64,000 nucleotides of DNA from Candidatus Methanoculleus thermohydrogenotrophicum (GTDB lineage: Archaea > Halobacteriota > Methanomicrobia > Methanomicrobiales > Methanoculleaceae). Location of the stretch: NCBI GenBank assembly GCA_001512375.1, contig LFRN01000139.1:4-64003 (forward strand), written 5' to 3'. A program made the position numbers and the translations under genes. The notes beneath the pieces were generated by a model. It was not told the origin of the DNA. It made no database searches and was given only the letters and a program-made list of their open reading frames with translations. Shown in pieces: positions 48,793-59,635 of the stretch (the stretch's first letter is position 1; every line of letters begins with the position of its first letter).

Positions 48793-50949
48793 ATGAGAGA
48801 AAAGGCTACCCTCCCGGACCCAGGCGAAGTTGAAACAATCTCGCGGGCAGCCGTGGAGATGGTCCCATATGGCATCTGGGTAGCAGGACCTGAGGGTGAC
48901 ATCCTCTACATCTCTGACCTCTTCCTTGACCTCATCGGGATGACGCTTGATGAGTGCCAGCAATCCGGGTGGCTATGCCGCCTCCATCCTGAAGATATCG
49001 AGCCGATGCTGGCCGACCGCGCACGCTGCATCGCCACCGGCGAACCCTGGAACCGCGAGTTCAGGATCCTCGGCACCGATGGGGAGTACCATACCATCCA
49101 GAGCCGGGGCACGCCCATCAAGGATGATAATAATAACGGAGAGGTCGTGCTCTGGGCCGGGGTCAACCTTGATGGCGACGCCCGCCCGGCAGAGGAGAAA
49201 CAGGCACGGAGGATGGAGGTCCTCTCCAGGATCTCCGGGGTTATCGGGAAGGAGGAGGCGAACCTGCAGGAGATCTGCCAGCAGGTGGTCGCCTGGATGT
49301 CCGATGGGTTCCGGCATCCAGAGCGGATATCTGCACAGATCGTGATCGGCAGGGCTGTATTCATGACCGGTGACGACCATCCGGGGAGGATCGTTGCTCC
49401 TCTCTCCTCCGCAAAAGGGGTCACCGGCTACCTTAAGGTCGAGTACCGGGGTCCCCTGCCGCAGGGCACGGACCCTTTCAAGCCGCAGGAACGCGATTTC
49501 GTGCGGACAATCGCCGCGATGATCGAGAGCGTTCTCGTGCGGGAAGAGACGAAAGCAGCACTTCGGTCGCTGGAGAGACGGCACCGTCTCCTCTATAACC
49601 AGATGCTGGAATCTATCGTCCTCTTCGAGATCGTCCGCGACAGCGCAGGAGAGCCTGTCGATTACCGGTGTATCGAGATCAACGACCCGGCTGAGGATGA
49701 GATCGGATACGGGAGAGACGAGGTCATCGGAAAGACCTTCTTTGAATTTCTCCCCGACGCCTCCCCCGAACTCCGGGCCGTGCTCCGCCGGGTTGCAAAG
49801 GGCGGAAGGCCCGAATGCTGCGAGACCTACTGCCGGAAACTCGACGGGTACTACAAGGTGCGGGTCTACCAGCCGCATCATGACCAGGTTGTCCTCGTCG
49901 TCCACAACATCACCTCGCAGAAGAGAGCCGAAGAAGCACTGCGGGAGAGCGAGGAGAAGTACCGGATGCTGACCGAGACGGCCCGGGACGCCATCATCGT
50001 CCACGATGCCCGGACGTTCCTCTACGCGAACCCCGCCGCCCGGGACCTCTTCGGGGCTGAAAGACCGGAAGACCTGGTGGGGATGAGCGTCATCGACCGG
50101 GTGCATCCCGACGCACGTGGCGAGATTCAGGCGCGGATGTCTGAGGTCGTCAGGGGAAGGGTCTTCCCGCCTCAGGAGATACAGATCCTCAGGCTCGATG
50201 GAAAGGTTGTGCCTGTCGAGTTGTATGCATCTCCGGTCTCGTATAATGGCATGCAACTTGCGCAGGTCGTCATGCGCGATATCACGCGGAGGAAACGGCT
50301 TGAGGCGACGCTGCGGCGGAACGCGAAGATGTTCCAGAGGATCTTCAACCACTCTCCCATCGGGATCGAGTACTACAGTCCCGGAGGAAGGCTTCTTCAC
50401 ATCAACCAGGCAAGCCTGAGGATATTCGGGATACCGGATAAACGAGACCTGGCAGGCTACAACTTCTTTAAGGACCCCTCCACCCCCGCAGGGGTCAGAG
50501 AACGGCTCATGAGCGGGGAGGAAGTGCACTACACCGTCCCTGTCGACCTGGATCATGCCCGGCAGGCCGGTATCTACCCAACGACCCGCACCGGGACGAT
50601 CTATGTCGCGGTCTACGCAAGCCCGGTGCACGAGCGTAAGACCGGCCCCCTCACGGGCATCCTGGTGCAGATGCAGGACGTCACGGACCGTATGCGGATG
50701 AAAGAGCAGCGAGAGCAGGCGTTTCACCAGATCGAGCAGAACATCGAGCAGTTTGCGGTCCTCGCCGACCACATCCGCCAGCCCCTGCAGGTGATCCTCG
50801 GTATGGCTGACCTCATCGATGAGGAGGCTGCGTCTGAGAAGATCCGGGAGCAGGTGGGACGGATCAATGATATCGTCGGGGAACTCGATGAGGGCTGGAT
50901 CGAGTCGCGCGAGATCAGGGAGTTCTTGAGGAGGAACGAACTCCTGTGA
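48793..50949 (+). CDS. Multi-PAS sensor protein with a C-terminal HisKA-like helix and no HATPase
   Basis: Several PAS/PAC units (LHPED, ANPAA, VHPD, DITRRK); ends ADHIRQPLQVI...EGWIESREIREFLRR. Confidence 0.85.
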   Translation: MREKATLPDPGEVETISRAAVEMVPYGIWVAGPEGDILYISDLFLDLIGMTLDECQQSGWLCRLHPEDIEPMLADRARCIATGEPWNREFRILGTDGEYHTIQSRGTPIKDDNNNGEVVLWAGVNLDGDARPAEEKQARRMEVLSRISGVIGKEEANLQEICQQVVAWMSDGFRHPERISAQIVIGRAVFMTGDDHPGRIVAPLSSAKGVTGYLKVEYRGPLPQGTDPFKPQERDFVRTIAAMIESVLVREETKAALRSLERRHRLLYNQMLESIVLFEIVRDSAGEPVDYRCIEINDPAEDEIGYGRDEVIGKTFFEFLPDASPELRAVLRRVAKGGRPECCETYCRKLDGYYKVRVYQPHHDQVVLVVHNITSQKRAEEALRESEEKYRMLTETARDAIIVHDARTFLYANPAARDLFGAERPEDLVGMSVIDRVHPDARGEIQARMSEVVRGRVFPPQEIQILRLDGKVVPVELYASPVSYNGMQLAQVVMRDITRRKRLEATLRRNAKMFQRIFNHSPIGIEYYSPGGRLLHINQASLRIFGIPDKRDLAGYNFFKDPSTPAGVRERLMSGEEVHYTVPVDLDHARQAGIYPTTRTGTIYVAVYASPVHERKTGPLTGILVQMQDVTDRMRMKEQREQAFHQIEQNIEQFAVLADHIRQPLQVILGMADLIDEEAASEKIREQVGRINDIVGELDEGWIESREIREFLRRNELL

Positions 50950-51449
50950 TCATCTGACTCTCTTTGAATCCCTCTTCCGGTTCAGGTGCCCATCCCCGGG
51001 GACCCGGGAGGCCTGCCCCCAAAAAAGACGACCCCTGTAAACCCCGCCTGCTCATGGCAGTGCGTGGTGATCGGCCACGGCAAAACCAGCACACCTCCCG
51101 GAGCGAGGGGATCGGGCTTCTCAATCGCGTGCTCCCGAGAGCGGTGGATTCAAAAACCAGGAGTACCCCGGCTTGAAGCGTTATCCCCGCGAATATCGAT
51201 ACCTGAAGTTAGCGCGTATGGGCTTTCACCCCCTCCTTGCAAGCAGGCAAAAAACCCACGAGACATCCACCCCGCCCTTCGGGGACTCGCGAGGAGCAAT
51301 CTTCGTGCGGGGAAGAAAGTGCCCCCCGCACAGGGGCACTTATTCACACCCCGGGGTCAGTTTGCTGTACATCTCGCCCGGGCGATGCGCTTCCCACCGA
51401 CGGGGCTGATGTCTCCTGATATCGGCATTCCAGCAGGTTGCATCCTGCT

Positions 51450-52405
51450 TCATGCGTCCCTGGCTCCGGTCGGCGTCGCCGGGACCTGGTAGGTCCCGGC
51501 AAAGAAGGTCCTGACCTTCTCGATGCTGGTGGCAAGGATCCGCTCGAGCGCCTCACGGGTGTTGAAGGCGTTGTGTGGCGAGAAAATTGCCCGGTCTGAG
51601 TGCAGGATGGCGAAACTCTCAAACGCGTCCCTGAGTTTGGCGGCCGGGAGCTCGCCCGCCCACAAAAACTCCTCCTTGACCCAGACCTCCTCCCCCTCAA
51701 AGGCATCGAGCGCGACCACCGAGGCGCCCTTCACGGAGGGCGCCTGCGACCGCTCGCGTGTCCACGACCCCGCCCCGGGAAGTATTGACGAGGAGCGCGG
51801 TATCCTTGACCAGCCGCAGCCGTTCTGCGTTGATGAGGTGGTGCGTGGCCTTCGTGTAGGGGACGTGCAGGCTGAGGAGGTCGGCGAGGTCGGTAGATGA
51901 CGCCGTAGTCCCGGGTAAGGTCCGGGTTCGGCTGCAGGTCGCAGGCGAGGTGCGTCCGGTCCCGATCAGGCCGAGGGTCTTTCCGGCGAGGTCCATGCCC
52001 TGCAGTCCGGTTCGGGAGAAGTCGCCCGGCTGTTCGCGCAAACATCGGCCTGAACTTCCGGGCGTGGATGAGCCCGAACGCGAACTCAGCCACGGTGGTA
52101 TCACCGTAGAGCGGCACGTTGCAGACGGCGATGTTTCTCCCCCGGCAGGCATCGACGTCGATATGGTCGTATCCGGTGGACATGGCAGCGATCACTTTGA
52201 GGTTCGGCATCCGGTCGAGGACCTCCCTGGTGACGTGCGACGTGACAAAGACCCCGATGCCGTCGGCGTCATGGGCAAGGGATGCATTCTGGAGCATGAG
52301 CGGTTCAGGGTGCAGGCCAACCTCGTAGCCGCTCTCGCAGGCAAATGCCTCCCTGACCACCTCCCGTTCATGCGCGTCGAGGTCGAAGAAAGCCAGTTTC
52401 ACCAT
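51450..52405 (-). pseudogene. D-2-hydroxyacid (D-lactate) dehydrogenase, frameshifted
   Basis: MSTGYDHID, NVPLYG..VAEFA, GKTLGLIGTGR, SLHVP..THHLI, VNTSRG, ALDAFEGE and SPHNAF over three frames. Confidence 0.85.
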
Positions 52406-52419
52406 AGGCCCCACTCCCT

Positions 52420-52691
52420 GGAGGTATTTTGCGTCCGCAAAGACCTGTTGTCGTATCAGACCCGCGACCCCTGAGTTCGGGTCGTCGACGGTATCGGCCG
52501 GGGCGAGCGGGTCACCAGTGTACCCGAAGAACCCCTTCATCTGCCCTTCAGCCGCCTGCTTCATCGCGGCGTTCACTGCATCGGCTTTCAGTTCCGCGAT
52601 GATACCGGTCTTTCCTGGCGTATCGGTGAGGTGGTTGTAGAGGACCCTCCACCCGATCCCTCCAGGGACCATCGATGGCAATTTTCTTCAT
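52420..52691 (-). pseudogene. Type I (bacterial) GAPDH relic with a large internal deletion
   Basis: MKKIAIDG..GGIG, NHLTD, then VNAAMKQAAEGQMKGFFGYTGDPL. Confidence 0.65.
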
Positions 52692-53216
52692 AACACTCTC
52701 TCCATCGGACAGGGAGTCGCCTCTGCAAGGACGGTATATATGATTCCCCTCTCTCCCCATCCGCGCCGACCGATTGCATTCCTGGTGATGCCCGCGAGGT
52801 TCAATCCCGGTTCTGGTGTTCATCCTCCCCCTCGCTTGAGGTCTGATGGCGGACGCGGACACCAGGAGGTGCGCGTAATACCCGTTAAGAAAAACCAGCG
52901 CAAACGCCATCATAAGTGGGGGCGTCTCCCCGGCCTCTGATTCCTTCATCAAGTACAGGGCCCTGATGGCGGGGGCATCCACGAGCCAGCAGTGCAGTCT
53001 CCGGGGTTCGTCCAGCCCGAGAACCGCCCTTCCCTCTTTCAGAAACTCTTGCCGGCCGCAAGCAGGATCAACTCCGCCGCGGACCTGAACGTTTGCGCAT
53101 CCCCCGGACGAACACTATTATGTTGATGCAGGTATGCACGGGAGTACCGTAATTCTGCGGAGATTGGCCGGGCACCGTCACGAAGAACGGTCCCGCCGCT
53201 CCGGGGGTATGTCAGC

Positions 53217-54426
53217 ATGCAGAAGGCGACAACGAGACGGAAGAAGACCGTCCGGGACATCGAGGTTCGGGGGAAGCGTGTGCTCGTCCGTGCCGATCTC
53301 AACGTACCGCTCAACGAAGACGGCTCCATCGCCGACGATACCGTATCAGGGCCAGCCTGCCGGCGATCCGCCACCTCTGCGAACGTGATGCACGGGTCAT
53401 CCTCTGCTCCCACCTGGACCAGCCGCAGGGGGTGGTCGTGGAGCGGTTGCGCCTCGCCCTCGTGGCAAACCGGCTCTCGGTCCTCCTCGACCGGCCGGTT
53501 CTTGCGCTCCAGGAATGCATCGGCCCTGAGGTCGAGAGCGCGGTCGCCGGGATGAACGGCGGGGACGTCATCCTCCTCGAGAACCTCAGGTTCTACCCGC
53601 AGGAGCAGGAAGGTGATCCGGCCTTCGCGGAGAGCCTCGCCAGCCTCGCCGATATCTATGTCAACGATGCCTTTGGCCCCTCCCACCGGGCCCACGCCTC
53701 GATCGTGGGGGTCCCAAGGTACCTGCCGGCGGTGGCCGGGCTCCTCCTCGCGAAAGGACTGGACACCTTTACGCGCGTCCTGCAGAATCCGGACCGGCCG
53801 TTTGCGGCCGTGATCGGCGGTGCCAAGGTGAGCGACAAACTGGACGTCCTTGAAAACATCGTCCCCGGGCGGATCTCATCATCGGAGGCGGGCATGGCAG
53901 CGACGTTCCTTGCGAGCCGGGGCTACGGGACCGGGGCGTCGAGCGTCGAGACCGACCGCCTCGACGACGTGCGGCGGATCTCTGCGAAGGCGGAAGAACT
54001 CGGGGTTCGTCTCCTCCTGCCCCGCGATGTCATCGTCGCCGGGAGGCTGGACGCTGGCGCCTCCGCCCGGGTCGTGCCCATCACTGCCATCCCTGACGGC
54101 ATGGTCATCGCCGATATCGGCCCCGCGGCCGCAAGCGAGTTCTGTCAGGAACTCGCCGGGCGCCGGACCGTCGTCTGGAACGGCCTGATGGGGTCTTTGA
54201 GGTCCCTGAGTTTGCAGAAGGAACCCGCCGGGTCGCTGCAACCCTCGCCAACCTCGACGGCACCACGGTCACCGGTGGGGGTTCGACCGCTGACGCGGTG
54301 ACCCGGTTCGGGCTTGCTGACAGGATGACCCATGTCTCGACCGGCGGCGGGGCCGCGCTCACGATGCTTGCGGGAAAGCCGCTCCCTGGCGTAGAGGTGC
54401 TTGAGGATGCGGAGGAGGAGTCCTGA
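53217..54426 (+). pseudogene. pgk: Phosphoglycerate kinase (bacterial-like), frameshifted
   Basis: GKRVLVRADLNVP, LLENLRF, YVNDAFGPSHRAHAS, IGGAKVSDK, DIGP, VWNG and HVSTGGGA spread over several frames. Confidence 0.9.
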
Positions 54427-55139
54427 AGCGGATCGGCAACCCTGACCGGCCGGGGCATGAACCTCAGCATCAGGGCTGCGGTGCAGACCCGCGACCCTGC
54501 CATCCACCGGTCCGGCCCCGGCGCTACCATCTGAAAAAACCTGGACGGAGGATGGGGAAGGGCAGGAAGCAGCCTCCACTGGTGGGGTGGCGTTCCATGG
54601 CGCGAGCCCGTATTACCGCTAATGCCGGGGGTGCAGGCGAGCATCGAAAACGACGTCCAGGACCGACCAACTGCATCGGGTCTGGCATCCTGAGACCTCC
54701 AGGGAACCGGTCATCGGGGGCTTACGGGGGAGACCCCGGAGGTCGGTGAGTATCCTTCGAACCCGGCGTCGTCGTCCCGGGGCAGGAGAGGTCGGAGGAG
54801 AACTTGCGCAGACGCCGTTTAAGGGTACCCGGGAAGAAACTGCCCCATGGGGATTAAAAAGCGGGTATTCACGATCTTCCCTTACGTGAGGAGGTCTCCC
54901 GGGCACAATCCCGGATCGTGCAAAGAGACGGCACCGGTGGGTGCCCGCCCGGGACCCGGGGAGCGGGGCACCCGCCTGTGGTATCATTCTCTCTGGCTGA
55001 AGTTTGGGGTGTTGACAGGTTATGGATGGAGCAGTCAGGCATCTTTCAGGATTCGAGTATACTTTGAACAGCGGGGAATTACTGTATATCGATGCTCGAA
55101 TCTATCCGGGGGAGAACCCGATATCGGTCAATCCCTGGG

Positions 55140-55817
55140 TTACTTACCCTTGCCCTTGTCAAGACCGGTGATCCTGATCCCGCCGAACTGGCTCTTGTAC
55201 CGGATGTTCAACCCGATCAGGAGCGGCGTGATCTTCTCGACGATGGCGGCACGCTCGAGAGGGCCGCAGTCGACGACCTTGACGCCCGGGATCTTCTCGA
55301 TCAGCGGGGTTACGAGGGCCTTGGCCTCCTTATCGTCGCCACAGATGAGACAATCACAGTCGATCTCATCGTTGACCGACATAAGGCAGTGCTCAGAGAT
55401 GTTGTTGAATGCGCAGATCACCTTGGCATCCGGCAGGATAGCCTGTGACCGCTGCGCTGCGGAACCGTCAGGGAGAATTATGAACCTCGTGGGCGAACCA
55501 CCGATGGTGGCCTCGAGGGGGCCTGTAGCGTCCAGTAAGGGCTTTCCAGCCGCGCCTTCCTTGATGGAGAGCAGGGTGCTCTTCTGGGCGGGCAGCGGGA
55601 CGGTAAGAACCAGAATGTCGGCTTCTTTAGCAGCATCCGGGTTCTCAGCGCCCCTGACGCTCACAGAGTTGCCCAGAACCTCCTTTACCTTGTCCGCGGC
55701 CGCCTGGGCCTTATCGATCGTCCTTGAACCGATGATCACTTCTTCTCCAGCCTGTGCGAACCGGACAGCGATCCCGAGACCCTGACCTCCGGTTCCTCCA
55801 ATTACTCCAATCTTCAT
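55140..55817 (-). CDS. npdG: NADPH-dependent F420 reductase
   Basis: IGGTGGQGLGIA, IIGSR, GSAAQ, AFNNIS and VDCGPL. Confidence 0.92.
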   Translation of the reverse strand: MKIGVIGGTGGQGLGIAVRFAQAGEEVIIGSRTIDKAQAAADKVKEVLGNSVSVRGAENPDAAKEADILVLTVPLPAQKSTLLSIKEGAAGKPLLDATGPLEATIGGSPTRFIILPDGSAAQRSQAILPDAKVICAFNNISEHCLMSVNDEIDCDCLICGDDKEAKALVTPLIEKIPGVKVVDCGPLERAAIVEKITPLLIGLNIRYKSQFGGIRITGLDKGKGK

Positions 55818-56255
55818 GGTTACTTCTTCACCTCAATTGATCTACTTGTCGTTTTTGTTTGCTGCTCCGTTACGTAAGATACATCTGTATCTAGGTGTCG
55901 ACAACTGCCATTGGCGGCGTAAAATGAACAGTTGCGGCAGATTAAAAGTGCGCGCATATCCACTTAAAGCTAACGAAAAATTGTAACGCTCAGGAATCAG
56001 GCAGAAAACTGTTTTCCGGTTTCGGGCTGAATCTCGTTGACCGGTGGTGATCGCCAGGTCCCGGAAAGATCCTCCCTGACCGGGGAACGGTAGCGGTTAC
56101 GCCAGAAAGACCGTCCCTGCAGGTCTCCTCCACGCATGATGCGGGGAAGGGCAGGAGAACGAGGGGGGGCGAGCTGGATGGACTCCCGGTCTCTCTAGTG
56201 CGCTCTCACCGCGTCCCTCAATGATAGAGCGGTAGCCTGCCTGCGAGTATCGGGC

Positions 56256-56681
56256 TCAGATCGACTCCTCCCAGCCCTGGCCCACATCAATGAGGGGCCG
56301 CACCTCATCGATCTCGAAGTACACCACCGCATGGATCGTCGCTACCGCCTCCTCGCCCAGGACCCGGGCTGCCTCTCTCTTGTAGGACTCCAGCAGGTCG
56401 CCTGAGGTTGCACACTCCTTCATCCGCAGGTAGACCCGGAGTCCCTTCCAGCCCTCCAGCGTCTCCCCCTCACCCCGCTCCACGATGAGGAAGACGGCGT
56501 TTGGGTTCTCCTGCAGGTACTCAAACGTGCGGTTCTCTCCCAGGGCCACAACGACGGTCTTCTCGTCGACCATCCGCGGCGAACCAAAGACCGCCGCATT
56601 AACCTTTCCTTCCCTGTTCGCGGTACCGAGGATGCCGATCCTCGGTTGTTTATTGAAGTAATCCATCAATCTGGTTGACAT
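56256..56681 (-). CDS. Pyridoxamine 5-phosphate oxidase-like FMN-binding split-barrel protein
   Basis: LGTANREGKVNAA and RTFEYLQENPNA. Confidence 0.8.
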   Translation of the reverse strand: MSTRLMDYFNKQPRIGILGTANREGKVNAAVFGSPRMVDEKTVVVALGENRTFEYLQENPNAVFLIVERGEGETLEGWKGLRVYLRMKECATSGDLLESYKREAARVLGEEAVATIHAVVYFEIDEVRPLIDVGQGWEESI

Positions 56682-56719
56682 AATCTCTCTATAGTCTGAA
56701 CTCTGATTTTACTGTTTCT

Positions 56720-58192
56720 GTGACTGCTCCCCCTCCTCTCGTCGGGAGCATCCCGGGATACTACTGCACCTTTTGAGATTGCAAGCCCCAATCTCATGAT
56801 GTTGAACGCCCGCAGTCTGATCGCGGTCCATCGCGAGCCCGCAGTGTGGACAGGAGTGGGGCCGGTCAGAAAGCGTCTTTTTGACGATCATACCACATCG
56901 GGAACACTGCTGTGATGTATTCCCGGGGTTCACCAGGATCACACAAGAACCAGCCTCTTCCGCTTTGTTCTCTGTGATCGTGATGAACTGGTTCCAGGCC
57001 ACATCGGCAGTACTCTTTGCCAGATGATGGTTTTTATGCATATTCTTGATCTTCAGAGTGAGCAAAATTGTTGGCGTTCCGTTCATGGATGCGTGCGACA
57101 ACCGTTCAGGAGTGCCTTTCTCCGTTTTTGAAAGTTTCCTCTGCGCCTTCGCAAGCGCTTTCTCGTCGGTGCGGAAGAACCGGGGGTTCTCGATTCTTCT
57201 CTCCGTTCGATAAAGTAGCAAAGACCCCGACCACGGTATCTTTCTCTCATGCAGGAGAGGGTTCATACTCGACCGGGAAACAGGCATACCACTTTCCGGT
57301 TGCAGTGCGCTGAATCGTAAGAGTCTTAATCTTACCCTCTATTGGGCGATGAAGAACGATCGGGATATCACCAATCTTTGATGCGGAGAGGTGCGTGCTG
57401 GCATCATTGGGTGAAAGCCCGACCGGGGATACGCCGACCGGGGATACGTGATGCTGTCATACCGCCCCTTCCCCTTGAACCGGGGATACCCGGGATTCTC
57501 CCTGGCCTTCACCCGCCGGAAGAAGGCTTTGAAGGCAAGATCAACGCGTATCTGGACATTCTGCAAGACCTGAGAATAGACCGTGGAGAGTTCAGGACGT
57601 TCTTTTTCCAGAGCGGAATCTGACGTTTCGATTCATAGCAGGAGACCTGTTTCTGTTCATTCTCCCACGCATCCTTTCGCATCGCAAGCGTCTCGTTATA
57701 GACCCAATCGACATATCTCCAGCGTCTGCTCCATCTGAGAGACCTGGGATTTGGTCGGGTAGAGTCGATAGGATACGCTTTCATCTGCATGGTCACATCA
57801 CTTTCTAAGTCTCGATATACTTCTGAATGACCTCTTTTGGCGTATCCCCGCACGTTCCAACATAATAGGATGGGTTCCAGAGATGGCCTTTCCCCCAAAC
57901 ACGTTTCGCAAAGACGGATACCGTCTGAAGAGTTTCCTGGCAGTGATCCCCTTCATGATCTTAACAATGGTAGCAGGAGCAAATTCTGGATGGGCGGCGA
58001 TAAAGACTCAAGCAACATCGCCGTTCAGAACCTTCCGGCGGTGTTTCACCGACCATACGAAGTGATAATTCACGTTGTATCCGCACCCTCTTGCACTTAT
58101 CAAATGACCCCGCTTAACCGTTCTACAATGTTATATGCACCATGTGGTCATAATTTTCTGTCGACGGGCTGTATCCCGGCGGGGGTTAGCCC
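56720..58192 (-). mobile_element. Degraded IS200/IS605 element (tnpA + tnpB), copy B, related to copy A
   Basis: Long near-identical stretches with 24436-25938; right end GGGGAGCAGTCAC at 56720; left-end hairpin partly deleted near 58167-58192. Confidence 0.9.
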
Positions 58193-58570
58193 CATCTTGA
58201 TCCTGGAAAAAGATATGGGTGGTGAGGGCGTCCGGATACCCGCCGGCGTGGTCGTCTACCACAGACCGGGAACCCTGCCCCGCCCGGGGTCTTCGTCGAT
58301 CACGACCTCTCGCAAGCACCATCCCCACAATGATATAAAGGTGAGAGAACACGTGAATATACAAGGACGGATCACCCTCCCCGGGGCTGCCCCGGTACCA
58401 CCGGTCTCCCGGGGTTTTTGAGACGATACAGGGATCTCAATCACCCTCCCCCCTGCCGGCAGAACCAGGATCCGGTCGCCCGGGGAGGAGAACCACGAGC
58501 GCCAGGTGCCCGGGGGGCCTCGCAGGCCTGCCAGACCATCGCGCCTGGATCGACTTTGGGGGGTTTTTCT

Positions 58571-59635
58571 GTGGACTCACGGCATCATGAGAACGACGGG
58601 ATCTCCGGGCTCATCTCCCTGCTGAGAGAGCGACGGGGAGTGTTGATGGTAGGAGCAGGGAGCAGCGCCATCGTCGGGTATCCGGGCTGGCGAGACCTGA
58701 TCACCAGTCTGAAGAAGAAGTTTGCACCGGATCTCCCAGAACCTGCCTCTGGTGACTACCTGGTCTACTCCGACCTGATAAAGGAGAGCATCGTCAGCTC
58801 CGGAAGAATAGGCGAGTACCACAAGTTCCTCGACAGAACCTTTGAACCGCACAGGAATCGCGAGAACTACACCGATTTTCACTCGGCCCTGATCAGACTG
58901 GGGTTTCGCGGTCTGGTCACCACAAACTACGACAAAGTCCTTGAGTTTGCCGCCGGGGCGGTCAACAATGGCAGGGATTACCGGCCGTGCGAATCGATCG
59001 ACCTCTGTAACCGGCACAGACAATACCGCGTGTTTGAGTTCTTACGCTCACTCTCGCCAGAGAACCTCTATACCAGCGTCCTGCACCTGCACGGCTGCCA
59101 CGACAACGCCCGGGAGATCATCCTGACCCGGGGAGATTACCTGGACAAGTACGGGATGAGAGACCCTGAAAGGGGTCCATCGCCCCGTCCGGGCAGGATC
59201 CTGGATTCGTTCCACAGAAAGGTGATCTGGTCGTTGCTGGTGATGCATCCCCTGGTGTTCGTCGGTTTTGGCATGAACGACCCGTTCTTCATGGATATGC
59301 TCCGGATCGTCCAGCACGACTTCTCCCTGGATGCCGACCCGGTGCACTTCGCGATAATGCGCTACACCACCGATGACGAACGCCGGGCGATCGAGAGCGA
59401 ACTCAGAGGAAACGGCGTCCAGCCGATCTTTTATTACGCGCCCCGGGATCAGAACGGCGTCGCCGACCACCGGGGGCTCCAGAACATGATCTTTGACCTC
59501 CAGAACATCCTTGCGCGGGATCAGCGCAGACCTGCAGAGCCAGAGGCCGGGCAGGGAGACCTGCTCGAGATCCCCGCAGAGGCAGCAGACCTGCCCTCGC
59601 TTGATGAGGTGAACAGGAGGACCCTGGGGTTGTAA
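58571..59635 (+). CDS. SIR2-like (SIR2_2) NADase-domain protein
   Basis: VGAGSS, VTTNYD, HLHG and LVFVGFGMNDP motifs; the GTG start is approximate. Confidence 0.88.
   Translation: MDSRHHENDGISGLISLLRERRGVLMVGAGSSAIVGYPGWRDLITSLKKKFAPDLPEPASGDYLVYSDLIKESIVSSGRIGEYHKFLDRTFEPHRNRENYTDFHSALIRLGFRGLVTTNYDKVLEFAAGAVNNGRDYRPCESIDLCNRHRQYRVFEFLRSLSPENLYTSVLHLHGCHDNAREIILTRGDYLDKYGMRDPERGPSPRPGRILDSFHRKVIWSLLVMHPLVFVGFGMNDPFFMDMLRIVQHDFSLDADPVHFAIMRYTTDDERRAIESELRGNGVQPIFYYAPRDQNGVADHRGLQNMIFDLQNILARDQRRPAEPEAGQGDLLEIPAEAADLPSLDEVNRRTLGL

Noticed and set aside
51731-52681. 316-aa ORF that looks like a GAPDH-dehydrogenase fusion
   Set aside because: An artefact of deletions and frameshifts in two adjacent pseudogenes; neither domain is complete.
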